Origin: Acidobacteriota bacterium | GTDB taxonomy: Bacteria; Acidobacteriota; Vicinamibacteria; Vicinamibacterales; 2-12-FULL-66-21 | Reading direction: 5' to 3' | NCBI GenBank assembly: GCA_046735635.1 | Contig: JBKPTT010000149.1 | Location: 1-58,845, forward strand | DNA length: 58,845 bases | The notes under the pieces: model-generated | Database searches by the model: none | Seen by the model: the letters and a program-made list of their open reading frames with translations, nothing else | What the model was told of the DNA's origin: nothing | Shown here: one piece after another, positions 37,033 to 45,662 of the stretch | How positions within the stretch are numbered: position 1 is the first letter of the stretch | Layout of the letters: every line of letters starts with the position of its first letter | Position numbers and translations under genes: made by a program

Positions 37033-38158
37033 AGTGAAGCCTCTCGATCATCCGATCGAACGCGTAGAGCAGATCCTCACGGTTCGAGTACGGTCCCGGT
37101 GTGTACGCCCGCGATGAAATGCCGGCCTGCGAGAGCTCGCAGACATGCCAGTCCTGCCGGTTCGTCATGTCCCAGAACTCGATGGCGTCGGACGCGTCGA
37201 ATGCCGGCGACGCCATCGCGCCGGGATGAAAATGCCATTCGCAGACGTTGATGGTGCGGTCCGGCGCAAGCGGCCACAGCGTGTGCACCATCATGTAGTC
37301 GGGGTGAAGGCTGAGGAGCATGTTCGGAAAGATCGCGTAGTAGTACACGCGGCGGACGTCGTGCGCCGACAGGCCGGGCAGGAAGGCGCGCGGACACTTC
37401 CCATCTCTCGACAGCGTCTCGACCCCGGGCCTCAAATCCATACGCCCACCCATGTACGTCGCGCGCAACGGCTCGTTCTCGCCGCTCAAGTAATGAGACA
37501 ACTTGTTGAGCGCGGGATGCAGGTTCGGGCAGTGCAGACACTCGTTGTAGTTCTGGATCACGAGCTTCCAGTTGGCGCGCACGTCATAGGTAATCCGGTG
37601 CCCGAGCCGCAGCTCTTGCATCCGCCACGGTTGAAACTTTTCGGGCAGATCCGCGAGCTGCTCCGAGAGCGGCTTCCCGTCGCGCGCGAGCGTGATGAAG
37701 ATGTGTCCGTCCCACGTGTCCGCACCGACTCGGTGAAGAGGGTAGTCCTCCTTGCGGAAGTGCGGCACGTCGTCCATGTGAGGCGCGCCGATCAGCTTCC
37801 CGTCCAGGTCATAAGTCCAGGCGTGATACGGGCACTGAATGCTGCCGCCGAACGCGCCCTGGTTCTCCGCGCAAAGACGCGTGCCGCGATGCCGGCAGAC
37901 GTTATGGAACGCCCGCACGGCGCCGGACGCGGTACGCGTGACGATGAGGCTTTCCCCCGAGATCTCGCGGATGAAGAACTGGCCGGGCCGCTCGATCTGC
38001 TGCTCGCGTCCCGCGCAGATCCACATGCCGCAGAACAGAGCGTCCATCTCGCGCTCGAAGTACGCACGGCTCGTGTAATACTCCGCAGGCAGCGTGAAGG
38101 CCTGCGGCGGCATCACCTCGCGCGGCTTGACGACGACATCAGATGGATACGGCTTCAT
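37019..38158 (-). CDS. Rieske [2Fe-2S] aromatic-ring-hydroxylating oxygenase alpha subunit
   Basis: 379 aa. Rieske motif CRHRGTRLC...CPYHAWTY and mononuclear-iron region NYNECLHCPNLHP. Confidence 0.85.
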   Translation of the reverse strand: MKPYPSDVVVKPREVMPPQAFTLPAEYYTSRAYFEREMDALFCGMWICAGREQQIERPGQFFIREISGESLIVTRTASGAVRAFHNVCRHRGTRLCAENQGAFGGSIQCPYHAWTYDLDGKLIGAPHMDDVPHFRKEDYPLHRVGADTWDGHIFITLARDGKPLSEQLADLPEKFQPWRMQELRLGHRITYDVRANWKLVIQNYNECLHCPNLHPALNKLSHYLSGENEPLRATYMGGRMDLRPGVETLSRDGKCPRAFLPGLSAHDVRRVYYYAIFPNMLLSLHPDYMMVHTLWPLAPDRTINVCEWHFHPGAMASPAFDASDAIEFWDMTNRQDWHVCELSQAGISSRAYTPGPYSNREDLLYAFDRMIERLHSGNP

Positions 38159-39465
38159 CGGTGGCCACGCCCACTATAGGCCTGAAACGGGACCTCGGGA
38201 AATGGGACCTGACGGCGATTGGCGTGAACCAGGTGATCGGCGGTGCGGTGTTCGCCGCCCCGGCCGCGCTCGTGGCGAACGCCGGCGGCTGGAGCCCGTG
38301 GATGATCGTGGCGGTCGGTGTGGCCTCGATGCTGATCGCGCTGTCGTTCGCAGAGGTCGCCAGCCGGTTCGACGCCACCGGCGGTCCGTATCTGTACGCG
38401 CGCGCCGCGTTCGGACAGTTTCTGTCGTTCGAAGTCGGCTGGATGATGTGGGTGACCCGCGTGGCGAGCTGGGCGGCGGTGATCAACGTGCTCGTCTCGT
38501 CGCTCGGGTTCTACTGGCCGTCCATCACCCGCGGTGCGACACGCGCATTTCTCATCACCGCGATCATCGCATCGCTCGCCGCGATCAATATCCGTGGCAT
38601 TCGCCAGAGCAGCTTCGTCGTGAACCTGCTGACGCTCGGAAAGCTGGTGCCGCTCGCGGTGTTCATCGTCGCGGGCATCTTCTGGATCGACTGGGCCCGC
38701 CTGCGTCCGGGCGCGCCGCTGTCGTTTGCACAGCTCTCCTCCACCGGGCTCGTGCTCATTTACGTGTTCGGGGGGTACGAAGTTGTCCCGGTACCGGCGG
38801 GAGAAACGCGAAATCCGCGCCGTGATGTCCCTTTTGCTCTGATAACGACGATTGCGATCGTGACGCTGGTGACGCTGCTCCTGCAGGTGGTCGCGATGGG
38901 CACGTTGCCTGGATTGTCCGAATCGAAGACGCCGCTCGCCGACGCGGCCGCGGTCTGCCTCGGCGCGTCGGGCGCCGCGATGGTGACCCTTGCCGCCGTG
39001 CTCTCGACGTCCGGCAACAATATGGGGCAGGCGCTGTCCGGCTCTCGGAATCTGTTTGCGCTCGCGGAACAGGGAGACGTTCCGCGCTTGTTCGGACGAA
39101 TTCATCCGCGCTTCCGCACGCCCGTAAACGCGATCATTGCGACGGCGGCGGTCTCTCTGGCGCTCGCGTTATCGGGAACGTTTCAGTCGATGGCCCAGGC
39201 AAGCGCGATCAGCCGGCTGCTCGTCTATCTGGCGACTTGTGCGTCCATGCTGCGACTTCGCGGGAGCTCGTTCAGGACAGTGGTGAAGCCCGCCGAATTT
39301 CATGTGCCGTTTGGGCCGGCGATTCCCGTCGCTGCGATCCTCATCGCATTGACGATCCTTGCCGGTGCGACGCCGGTGCAGCTCCGAAACGGGCTGATGG
39401 CGCTCGCGGCAGGAGCGGTCCTTTACGGCATCGCGGCGGCCGCGCGCAGGCGTCGGCCGGCCTAA
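38143..39465 (+). CDS. APC-family amino acid permease
   Basis: 440 aa, about 12 TM. LKRDLGKWDLTAIGVNQVIGGAVF signature. Start could be GTG 38161, which would avoid the divergent overlap with the Rieske gene. Confidence 0.82.
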   Translation: MDTASSVATPTIGLKRDLGKWDLTAIGVNQVIGGAVFAAPAALVANAGGWSPWMIVAVGVASMLIALSFAEVASRFDATGGPYLYARAAFGQFLSFEVGWMMWVTRVASWAAVINVLVSSLGFYWPSITRGATRAFLITAIIASLAAINIRGIRQSSFVVNLLTLGKLVPLAVFIVAGIFWIDWARLRPGAPLSFAQLSSTGLVLIYVFGGYEVVPVPAGETRNPRRDVPFALITTIAIVTLVTLLLQVVAMGTLPGLSESKTPLADAAAVCLGASGAAMVTLAAVLSTSGNNMGQALSGSRNLFALAEQGDVPRLFGRIHPRFRTPVNAIIATAAVSLALALSGTFQSMAQASAISRLLVYLATCASMLRLRGSSFRTVVKPAEFHVPFGPAIPVAAILIALTILAGATPVQLRNGLMALAAGAVLYGIAAAARRRRPA

Positions 39466-40250
39466 GGGCTCGCGCTCCCGAGATCGACCGCATCGATGGG
39501 CACGTCGAGCAATCCATACCTCCACACCGCGGCAGCGTACGCGCTGGGCGTCAATAGCCCAAACGCCCAGATGGCAACCGTGAGGATCGACTGCAGCATC
39601 CCGTTGGGCGCAACGACCGCGAGGACGGGCGCGAAGAGAACCGCCAGCGTCCCGCCCGCAACCTGACTGACGAGGATCCATTCGATCGGGCGCTTCAATC
39701 GGCTCAGCCCCGCCTGCTGGATTTCGCGGTGGCTTCGGAGGAGCGAGACGATCGCGGCAACCGGCAGCACGAGGCCTAGCAGTACGAGTAACGGAAAGCC
39801 GAAGATGAGGAACACGAGCACGTAGGATGTCCGCAGCTGCCCCACCGAGTCCGGCGCGAACATAACGAGCGTCGCAATCGTGATCGGCGCCAGCACGTAC
39901 GCAACTCCCATCTGAATTCCTGACGACTGAACCCAGGGGCGGCGCCGCGGAAACACCTGTGTGAAATGAAAGAGGAGCAGCGCTCCCACACCGAGCGCCG
40001 ACATGACGGCCGCAGTCGCAGCAGAGGGAAGCTTGGTCGGATCGGTGATCCCTCGCAGCCACCAGAACGTCGGAATGCCGAACACGACGACGTTCGCGAG
40101 CGCGAATGCAAGGAACACGCGCGTGCGGATGTCCCGCGGCGCACGGATCCACCCGCCGAGGCCGACGGCGAGATAGACGACCGCCGCGGCGGCCTGCGTG
40201 ATGCCGTCGACTGCGGTGAAAACCGGTGCGGGGAGATTAGCGAGATCCAG
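39462..40250 (-). CDS. polytopic (about 7-TM) membrane protein of unknown function
   Basis: The hydrophobic C-terminal about 260 aa of ORF 39462..40640. The Arg-rich 5' part overlaps the amidohydrolase gene and is rejected. Start unresolved: CTG 40250 or GTG 40118. Confidence 0.5.
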   Translation of the reverse strand: MDLANLPAPVFTAVDGITQAAAAVVYLAVGLGGWIRAPRDIRTRVFLAFALANVVVFGIPTFWWLRGITDPTKLPSAATAAVMSALGVGALLLFHFTQVFPRRRPWVQSSGIQMGVAYVLAPITIATLVMFAPDSVGQLRTSYVLVFLIFGFPLLVLLGLVLPVAAIVSLLRSHREIQQAGLSRLKRPIEWILVSQVAGGTLAVLFAPVLAVVAPNGMLQSILTVAIWAFGLLTPSAYAAAVWRYGLLDVPIDAVDLGSASP

Positions 40251-40258
40251 GGCTCGTG

Positions 40259-41989
40259 TCAGTTGGTCGCGCGCGTGTCGCGGCGATACACGACTCGACC
40301 GTCGAAGATCGTAACGGCCACCACCGCACGTGCCACTTCGGCTTCGGAAGCCTGAAAGACATCCGTCGACAGCACGACGATGTCGGCGAGCATTCCCTTC
40401 TTCAGAGAGCCCTTGCGATGTTCGTCGAACGAGGCCAGCGCCGGCACGGACGTGAAGGCCTCCACGGCGCGCCGGAGCGTCACGCGCTCGGCCGGCGACC
40501 AGCCGCCCTCGGGGACTCCATCGAGAGTGGTGCGGGAGACGGCCGTGTGGATCGCGGCAATCGGGTTCAACGGGGCGTCGGGCCAGCCGGTGGTGAGGAG
40601 CAGCCGTGCCCGGGCCGACGCGAGACTTCCCGCCGGCCACGCGCGCGAGGCGCGCTCGGCTCCCGCGAGCCGCGCCCAGGTTTCGACGACCTCGTCGCTT
40701 GGCGCCTCGGGCGACAAAACGGTGAGCGCGCCCAATTTGCTGAAACGCGGCAGGTCCCCGGCTTCGATCAGTTCTGCTCCATCAATCCGATGGCGGCGGC
40801 CGCGCTCGGGAACCGGGTTCGATCGCGTCGCATGCTCGAGCGCGTCGAGCGCCATGTGGACGGCGCGATCGCCAGACGCTGCCAGCGTGACCTGCCAACC
40901 ACGTGCGTCGAGAAGCCTGACCAGCTTGTTCAACTGGTCCGCGTCGACGTCGTTCGGACCGTTGTCGTCGAGACTTCCTTCGTACGGCAGGAGAAGCGCC
41001 GCGTGCGACGACTCGAGCGGTCCATCGAGCGTCGTCCGCGCTCCGCCGAACTTGAACAGCGGATCGTCAGGATACTTGCTCGACAACGCTTCCAGCGCGT
41101 TGAACGCTTCGTCCTGCGCCATTCCGCTCACATCGAGTGGCGCGTACACGCGAACGTTCAGCTCGCCCGCGGCGCGGGCATCGTCATACAGCCGGAAATC
41201 GTCGGACGTTCCCGCCGTATCGTGGACGCTCGTGATTCCCTGCCGGTGCGCTTCCGCGATGGCAGCCTGCAGAGCGTGGGCGCGCGCGTCGCGCGTCGGC
41301 CGGGGAACGAGTCGTGACGCCAACGCCATGGCGGCATCCCGGAGGACGCCCGTCGGCTCTCCGCGGCGTGGGTCCTTGACGATCACCCCGCCAGTCGGCG
41401 CCGTGGTGGCGCGCGTGATGCGCGCGAGCCGCATCGCCTTGCTGTTGATCCAGGCAGCACGCCCGTCTGCCGACACCAGGTATGCGGGGCGATCCGCAGC
41501 CACGGCGTCGAGCGCCTGGCGGATGGGGCCGTTCCCCGGAAACGCGTCTGACGACCAACCGCGACCGACAATCCACGGTCGACCGGGGTTGGCAGCGGCC
41601 CACGCGCGTACGCGAGCCGTGATCTCATCCAGCGTATCGGCGCCGGACAGGTCCACTTCGTCGAGGCGCAGCCCGCCGTCGATGAAACGAACGCCTGCAT
41701 CGTTGAAGCCGGGAAGCACGGTTCCCCCTCGCGCGTCGATGGCGATCGTCTGAGGCCGGCGAAGACGAGTGATCTCACGGGTGCTGCCGACGCGCAAAAT
41801 CTGGTTGCCGCGGACGGCAACCGCCTCGGCTGTGGACCCGGATCCGTCGGCGGTGTAGACCTTTCCGTTGTAAACGATCAAATCAACGGGGCCGCTGCTA
41901 TCGTCGCGCTGCGCGCCGACGATCAACCCGGCAATGAGAGTCGCGGCGACAATTCCTACGACAACGTAAGTGGTGAGGCGGGCGGCCAT
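40259..41989 (-). CDS. amidohydrolase-3 family metal-dependent hydrolase (YtcJ-like), membrane-anchored or secreted
   Basis: Start at ATG 41989: MAARLTTYVVVGIVAATLIAGLIVG. ...DARGGTVLPGFNDAGVRF..., AVHMALDA, internal insertion typical of Amidohydro_3. The track 5' extension translates the heptamer repeats. Confidence 0.8.
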   Translation of the reverse strand: MAARLTTYVVVGIVAATLIAGLIVGAQRDDSSGPVDLIVYNGKVYTADGSGSTAEAVAVRGNQILRVGSTREITRLRRPQTIAIDARGGTVLPGFNDAGVRFIDGGLRLDEVDLSGADTLDEITARVRAWAAANPGRPWIVGRGWSSDAFPGNGPIRQALDAVAADRPAYLVSADGRAAWINSKAMRLARITRATTAPTGGVIVKDPRRGEPTGVLRDAAMALASRLVPRPTRDARAHALQAAIAEAHRQGITSVHDTAGTSDDFRLYDDARAAGELNVRVYAPLDVSGMAQDEAFNALEALSSKYPDDPLFKFGGARTTLDGPLESSHAALLLPYEGSLDDNGPNDVDADQLNKLVRLLDARGWQVTLAASGDRAVHMALDALEHATRSNPVPERGRRHRIDGAELIEAGDLPRFSKLGALTVLSPEAPSDEVVETWARLAGAERASRAWPAGSLASARARLLLTTGWPDAPLNPIAAIHTAVSRTTLDGVPEGGWSPAERVTLRRAVEAFTSVPALASFDEHRKGSLKKGMLADIVVLSTDVFQASEAEVARAVVAVTIFDGRVVYRRDTRATN

Positions 41990-42061
41990 GCAGTGTCCCG
42001 GGCGCGGCGGGTCGGGCCCGCCCGGCGCTCGGCCAGGCGGGCATTCTAGCACACAGGAGAA

Positions 42062-42318
42062 ATGCTGATTTGAGATTGCTGATTGCTGATTTATTGATGA
42101 TTTACGATTGCAGAATCCCGAGGTGTTATTGTCCGGACGTTGCAAGCCACGACGCGAGATTGAGATTGCTGATTGCTGATTGCTGATTGCTGATTGCTGA
42201 TTGCTGATTGCTGATTGATTGATGATTTACGCTTGCGGATCGACACTAAGTCGGAGAATCAGCAAACAGAATCGCCCGGTGTTCGCCATTGCCCGGACGG
42301 TGCAAGCGACGACGCGAG
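42062..42318. repeat. tandem segmental duplication (about 96-bp copy A + about 161-bp copy B), each carrying a GATTGCT microsatellite
   Basis: Both copies share ...TGAGATTGCTGATTGCT..TTGATGATTTACG.TTGC.GA...CCGG.GTT...CCGGACG.TGCAAGC.ACGACGCGAG. Lies in the 430-bp divergent intergenic region. Confidence 0.8.
42164..42226. repeat. heptanucleotide tandem repeat (GATTGCT)x7 followed by two degenerate units
   Basis: Perfect units from 42164 to 42212, then GATTGAT TGATGAT. Copy A has only two units (42075-42088). Confidence 0.95.
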
Positions 42319-42379
42319 CAAGCGGAGCGCAGCGAGCCACGCGACCGGAGCGAGCCGGCGCAGCGGGGAGCGAGGGCGC

Positions 42380-42412
42380 GTGTAGGGGAGTCCGAGGGGC
42401 TCAGCCCCTCGG
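42380..42412 (+). repeat. REP-like GTAG hairpin, type B (GTGTAGGGGAGT-CCGAGGGGC-TCA-GCCCCTCGG)
   Basis: Perfect 9-bp stem 42392-42400 / 42404-42412. Ends 7 nt before the panE ATG. Flanking AGCGAGCCACG..CGGAGCGA block is shared with the 27500-27680 copy. Confidence 0.8.
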
Positions 42413-42419
42413 TTAAGAA

Positions 42420-43373
42420 ATGAAAGTTGCGATTCTCGGTTCTGGAGCCGTCGGGGGGTATTACGGGGCGAAGCTTGCGCGGGCGGGACACGACGTGACG
42501 TTCATCGCGCGCGGCGCACACCTGCAGGCGATTCGCGAACGGGGGCTGCACGTCAAGAGCCCGGCCGTCGGGAGTTTCACCGTTCATGCGCCAGCCGAGG
42601 ACGACACGAGCCGCGTCGGTCCGGTGGATGTCGTCATCGTTTCCGTGAAGACCTACGACAACCCGACCGCGTTGCCGATGATCGCGCCGATGATGGGGTC
42701 CGATACCGCGGTTCTTACGGTCCAGAACGGTGTGGACAGTGCCGTAGAGGCAGCTGCGATCGTCGGTGAGCAGGCGGTGATCGGCGGCACGACCTACATC
42801 GCGACGGCGCTCACTGCGCCCGGCATGATCGAGCAGACGGGCACGCACCGGCGCGTTGTATTCGGCGAAGTCTTCGGCGACCTTCCCCGGCTGACCGCGC
42901 GAGTACGTGCGATCCACGACGCGCTCGCAAGCGCCGACATTCAGTCGGAAGCGGTCGACGACGGACGTGTGCCGATTTGGGAGAAGTTCATCTTCCTCGT
43001 TGCGCTTGCCGGATTCACTGGAGCGTCGCGGCTGTCGATCGGCCCTCTCTGGACCGACGCGGTCATCCGCGGGCAGTTTCTCGAGGGCTGCCGCGAGGTG
43101 GAACGCCTCGCAAGAGCCGAAGGTGTCGCGATTGCACCAGATGTCGTCGAGCGCATCGACGCGTACGTTCGCGGGATTCCGGGCACGATGCGATCATCGC
43201 TGCTCATCGACCTATCGCAGAACAAACGGATCGAAGTCGAAGCGCTGCACGGAGCGGTCGTCAGACGCGCCGAACGCGCAGGTCTACCCGCTCCGATTAT
43301 GGCGACGCTGTATGCGGTGCTCAAGCCCTACGCAGACGGCACGCCAAATCCGCCCGTTGTAACGCAGGCGTGA
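42420..43373 (+). CDS. panE: 2-dehydropantoate 2-reductase (ketopantoate reductase)
   Basis: 317 aa. MKVAILGSGAVGGYYGAKLARAGHDVTFIARG Rossmann fold, ApbA C-terminal domain with SSLLIDL...KRIEVEALHG. Confidence 0.85.
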   Translation: MKVAILGSGAVGGYYGAKLARAGHDVTFIARGAHLQAIRERGLHVKSPAVGSFTVHAPAEDDTSRVGPVDVVIVSVKTYDNPTALPMIAPMMGSDTAVLTVQNGVDSAVEAAAIVGEQAVIGGTTYIATALTAPGMIEQTGTHRRVVFGEVFGDLPRLTARVRAIHDALASADIQSEAVDDGRVPIWEKFIFLVALAGFTGASRLSIGPLWTDAVIRGQFLEGCREVERLARAEGVAIAPDVVERIDAYVRGIPGTMRSSLLIDLSQNKRIEVEALHGAVVRRAERAGLPAPIMATLYAVLKPYADGTPNPPVVTQA

Positions 43374-43390
43374 GTTGCTGATCGGGCGAC

Positions 43391-44764
43391 TCAGGCGCGG
43401 TTCACGAGTGCCGCGCGGTACGCGGCCATCCCGCCGCGCACGTTGGCAACCGCGGGAAACCCTTCGCGTGCGAGGAGACTGGCAGCCAGCGACGATCGGT
43501 AACCGCCCTCACAGATAGTTACCAGCAGCACGTCGCGCGGAAGCTCGTGAGCGCGCGCAGGAATGTCCCCGACTGGCAGATGGATCGAGCCTTCGATGTG
43601 GCCGAGCCGCCATTCGTGAGGTGTTCGGACGTCGACGATTCTGAGTCGTTCTCCCGTGGCGACACGTTTCTGAAGGTCCTCCAGGGACATCTCGGGAGTG
43701 CTCTTCGCGGGCAGTCCGGCCGCGATCCAACCGTCGAATCCGCCCTCGACGAGTCCCACGACGTCATCGAGCCCGACGCGCAGCAGCTGCCTCGCGACTT
43801 CTGCAGCCTCATGATCGTTCCCGCCCATCAACAGAATCGGCGCGTTTGCTTCGAGGATCCAGGCGGCCCAGTAGCCGATCGACGGTCCCATGGCGATATT
43901 GAGCGCTCCGGGCGGATGCGCGGTACTGAAAGCCCGGTCGGACCGCAGGTCGATCATGGCCGCGCCCTCGCGCAGTGCGCGGTACGCAGCATCGGCCGGA
44001 ATCGACGCGAGTGGAGGCACCGCCTCTCCGAGATGCAGAAGCGGGGGACCCTGCTGATTCATCCGCTTCATGCGCCTGAAGTACGGAGGCGTTTCGGGCA
44101 GGTCGCCGAGAACCGCCTCGACGAACTCCTCACGCGTCCGGTCCTTCAGCATCGGGTTCGATATCCGCTCGCGTCCGATTGTCGAACGAGGATCTGCGGC
44201 AATTCCGGTCCCGCACAGCGAGCCAGCTCCGTGCCCCGGATGGATTTCCACCGCGTCGTCGAGCGCGAGCAGCACGTTGAACAGCGAATCGAACAAGTGC
44301 TCCGCAAGCGCGTGCGTCACTGAGTCTCCGAGGAGATCCGGGCGTCCGACCGCGGCCACGAACAACGTGTCGCCGGTGAAGACGCGGTCCGGTTCGCCAG
44401 GGGCGCGCGTGACGATCGAGATGTGCTCGGGCGTATGTCCAGGGGTATGGAGGAACTGCAGCGACAGGTCCCCGAACTGCATGGCGTCTTGGTGCTGGAC
44501 CGCGTGGGCCGGGTAGGCGAGCGACGATCCCGGGCCGGCAACGACGCGCACGCCAAGCGCCGCCAACTCACGCGCGCCGGATACGAAATCAGCGTGAATG
44601 TGCGTCTCGATCGCTGCGGCGATCTGCAGCTGTTGCTGCCGAGCGGCCGCGACGTACACGTCGATATCGCGCCGCGGATCGATGATAACGGCCTGTCGCG
44701 TGCGCGCGCACGCGAGGAGATACGACGCCTGCGCCAGCCCCGCATCGAAATACCGCTGGAACAT
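43391..44764 (-). CDS. MBL-fold hydrolase (persulfide-dioxygenase-like) fused to two rhodanese domains
   Basis: 457 aa. ETHIHADFVSG metal motif, HTPGHTPEH, then rhodanese modules with the active-site loop CEGGYRS. Confidence 0.8.
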   Translation of the reverse strand: MFQRYFDAGLAQASYLLACARTRQAVIIDPRRDIDVYVAAARQQQLQIAAAIETHIHADFVSGARELAALGVRVVAGPGSSLAYPAHAVQHQDAMQFGDLSLQFLHTPGHTPEHISIVTRAPGEPDRVFTGDTLFVAAVGRPDLLGDSVTHALAEHLFDSLFNVLLALDDAVEIHPGHGAGSLCGTGIAADPRSTIGRERISNPMLKDRTREEFVEAVLGDLPETPPYFRRMKRMNQQGPPLLHLGEAVPPLASIPADAAYRALREGAAMIDLRSDRAFSTAHPPGALNIAMGPSIGYWAAWILEANAPILLMGGNDHEAAEVARQLLRVGLDDVVGLVEGGFDGWIAAGLPAKSTPEMSLEDLQKRVATGERLRIVDVRTPHEWRLGHIEGSIHLPVGDIPARAHELPRDVLLVTICEGGYRSSLAASLLAREGFPAVANVRGGMAAYRAALVNRA

Positions 44765-44834
44765 CAGATAAGATTCCTGTTGGAGTGCTCTCGGATCATA
44801 GCACCGTCACCGCGGATGGACGGCTGTCGCTCAC

Positions 44835-45662
44835 GTGACGATTACGTCCGCGATGATCGGGATCGTGATGGCGTGCGGAGCCGCGGCTGGCGCTCTCGGC
44901 GCGCTCCTCGGCATCGGCGGCGGCGTATTCCTCGTTCCCTTCCTCAACGCCTGGTTCGGCATCGAATTCAAGACGGCGGCGGCAATCAGCCTCGTCACGG
45001 TGATCGCGACGTCGAGCGCGGTCTCGGCAGGCACGACCGGCCGAAATCTGATCAATCTCCGTCTCGGGATGCTCCTCGAGGTCGCGTCCGCCGCCGGCGG
45101 AGTCGCCGCGGGCCTGACGATCGCGTACATCTCGGACATTGCCCTGGAGCGCGGGTTCGCCGTCGCGACGGCGCTCATCGCGCTGCTGATGCTGACTCGC
45201 CTCGAACGCCGCAACGTGATCCTCGATCCCGGGGCGGACCCTGGCGCGCTCGGCGGACGGTTTCACGATGAGGAGAGCGGCGGAGAAGTCGTCTACCGCG
45301 TTCGCCGCCTCCCCGCCGCGCTCGGGATTTCTTTCCTCGCAGGGAATGTCTCCGCTGCTTTCGGCATCGGCGGCGGAATTCTGAAGGTGCCCGTGCTCAC
45401 CGCGTGGTGTGGCGTGCCGATGCGCGCGGCGGCCGCAACGAGCTCCTTGATGATCGGCGTCACTGCCGTTGCATCGGTTCCGATTCAGTATGCGCATGGG
45501 TACGTGAAGCCCCCGCTCGCAGCGGCCGCAGTGCTGGGCGTGCTTCTCGGATCGCGGGCCGGTCTATGGTTCGGCGGACGCGCGCGCGCGAAGTCGCTCA
45601 AGGGACTGATGGCGGCAGTTCTGCTGCTCGTGAGCCTGATTTACTTCCGGAGAAGCCTGTGA
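44835..45662 (+). CDS. TauE/SafE (TSUP) family sulfite/anion exporter
   Basis: 275 aa, 7-8 TM. GALLGIGGGVFLVPFL and repeated AAFGIGGGILKVPVL motifs. Confidence 0.85.
   Translation: MTITSAMIGIVMACGAAAGALGALLGIGGGVFLVPFLNAWFGIEFKTAAAISLVTVIATSSAVSAGTTGRNLINLRLGMLLEVASAAGGVAAGLTIAYISDIALERGFAVATALIALLMLTRLERRNVILDPGADPGALGGRFHDEESGGEVVYRVRRLPAALGISFLAGNVSAAFGIGGGILKVPVLTAWCGVPMRAAAATSSLMIGVTAVASVPIQYAHGYVKPPLAAAAVLGVLLGSRAGLWFGGRARAKSLKGLMAAVLLLVSLIYFRRSL

Noticed and set aside
41990-42145. 52-aa N-terminal extension of the amidohydrolase (…KSSINQQSAISNQHFS…)
   Set aside because: It is a translation of the GATTGCT microsatellite. A normal TM or signal anchor starts at ATG 41989.
42164-42226. 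Possible CRISPR array (also considered for 20251-20292 and 36928-37032)
   Set aside because: The repeat period is only 7-9 bp, there are no unique spacers, and no cas genes lie in the window. These are microsatellite-type tandem repeats.
42219-42416. 65-aa ORF across the segmental duplication and type-B hairpin
   Set aside because: It is composed of repeat-element sequence, has no SD, and ends in the hairpin. The related element copy at 27500-27680 lies in the opposite orientation in another intergenic region.
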